From the IMG/VR virus record IMGVR_UViG_3300045125_000158, positions 1-64,000 of that record: DNA of 64,000 nt, one strand, 5' to 3'. Shown here piece by piece: positions 63,673 through 64,000 of this stretch. The notes beneath the pieces were generated by a model that saw only the letters and a program-made list of their open reading frames with translations, did not search any database and had not been told where the DNA came from. The DNA comes from a virus. The position numbers and the translations under genes were made by a program. The number at the start of each line of letters is the position of its first letter. The stretch's first letter is position 1.

Positions 63673-64000
63673 TCAATTCTTTTTGATTTCTATCTTCTTC
63701 TTAATTTCAGCTTTGGCAGTCTTTGGAACAGCAATGTGCAAAACTCCATTTTCAAGTTCTGCAACAATATTATTTTCATCAATAGTATTTTTCAAACAAT
63801 ATAGATCGAGAAAAGTTATTGTACTGTCTCTCTCTTATTTTGAAACGACGATCTGTTTTTTCTTCTTCAAGATTGCCAGAAATAATCATCTTCTTATCTT
63901 GTACATCAATCTTAATGTCTTCAACATCATAATTGGGCACATCAACATCTACATAAATCATCTTGTCATCTTCTGATACGTCCATACTGCCAACTCTTAA
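63673..64000 (-). CDS. Hsp20/alpha-crystallin small heat-shock protein (5' end outside the window); frameshifted
   Basis: DVSEDDKMIYVDVDVPNYDVEDIKIDVQD...RERQYNNFSRSI and, after the frameshift, IDENNIVAELENGVLHIAVPK. Confidence 0.92.

Larger units (their letters stand above)
1..64000 (-). mobile_element. Large tailed bacteriophage genome segment (neck/tail morphogenesis region plus PhoH and Hsp20)
   Basis: All credible genes are co-oriented. Order adaptor - terminator - tube - chaperone(s) - tape measure - hub - fibres is canonical for tailed phages. PhoH and Hsp20 are common large-phage genes. No cellular housekeeping operons seen. Confidence 0.88.

Noticed and set aside
1187-63976. All plus-strand ORFs in the track (for example 48204-48680, 60315-60791, 63548-63976)
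   Set aside because: They are antisense shadows of well-supported minus-strand genes and have no recognisable motifs.
1-64000. Stop-codon reassignment (TAG or TGA read-through) as the cause of ORF fragmentation
   Set aside because: Adjacent fragments are in different frames. At the TAG-ended fragments checked (8339, 15783, 25544, 45909) the sensible protein continues in another frame. TGA and TAA end genuine genes. None of the roughly 30 reconstructed genes ends in TAG, but I saw no in-frame TAG used as a sense codon.
1-64000. CRISPR array, diversity-generating retroelement, tRNA/rRNA, IS elements, Borg-like tandem repeats
   Set aside because: No regularly spaced repeats, reverse transcriptase, transposase or tRNA-like sequence was seen by eye, and there is almost no non-coding space. 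A short TR/VR pair could be missed without computation.

Overview
AT-rich 64 kb segment in which every credible gene lies on the minus strand, tightly packed, with GGAG/AGGAG Shine-Dalgarno sites and ATGA overlaps. It reads as the virion-morphogenesis region of a large tailed phage. In transcription order (right to left): Hsp20, hypothetical, PhoH, a ~1050-aa unknown, a Zn-ribbon protein, a ~190-aa unknown, an actin-fold ATPase, a head-tail adaptor-like protein, a tail-terminator-like protein, a GT-B glycosyltransferase, a tail tube, tail-assembly chaperones with a slippery site, a tape measure protein, a baseplate-hub-like protein, and then about 40 kb of very large multidomain tail-tip or adhesion proteins (FN3, LamG, beta-propeller/BNR-like, ASH/choice-of-anchor-D, DUF642-like, vWA-like, putative glycanase) with a second glycosyltransferase embedded among them. 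The ORF track is heavily fragmented. The junctions I inspected are small indels, mostly single-base and mostly in homopolymers, so I report manually rejoined genes, and their lengths and internal boundaries are approximate. No capsid, portal, terminase, sheath, tRNA, CRISPR array, integrase or transposase was recognised. The most notable signals are a volactin-like actin cassette inside the neck/tail operon, two glycosyltransferases with complementary degenerate E-x7-E motifs, an unrecognised ~70-aa repeat domain shared by the two largest proteins, and a recurring GACGATAW motif before gene starts. Family assignments come from motif recognition by eye, not from database searches.
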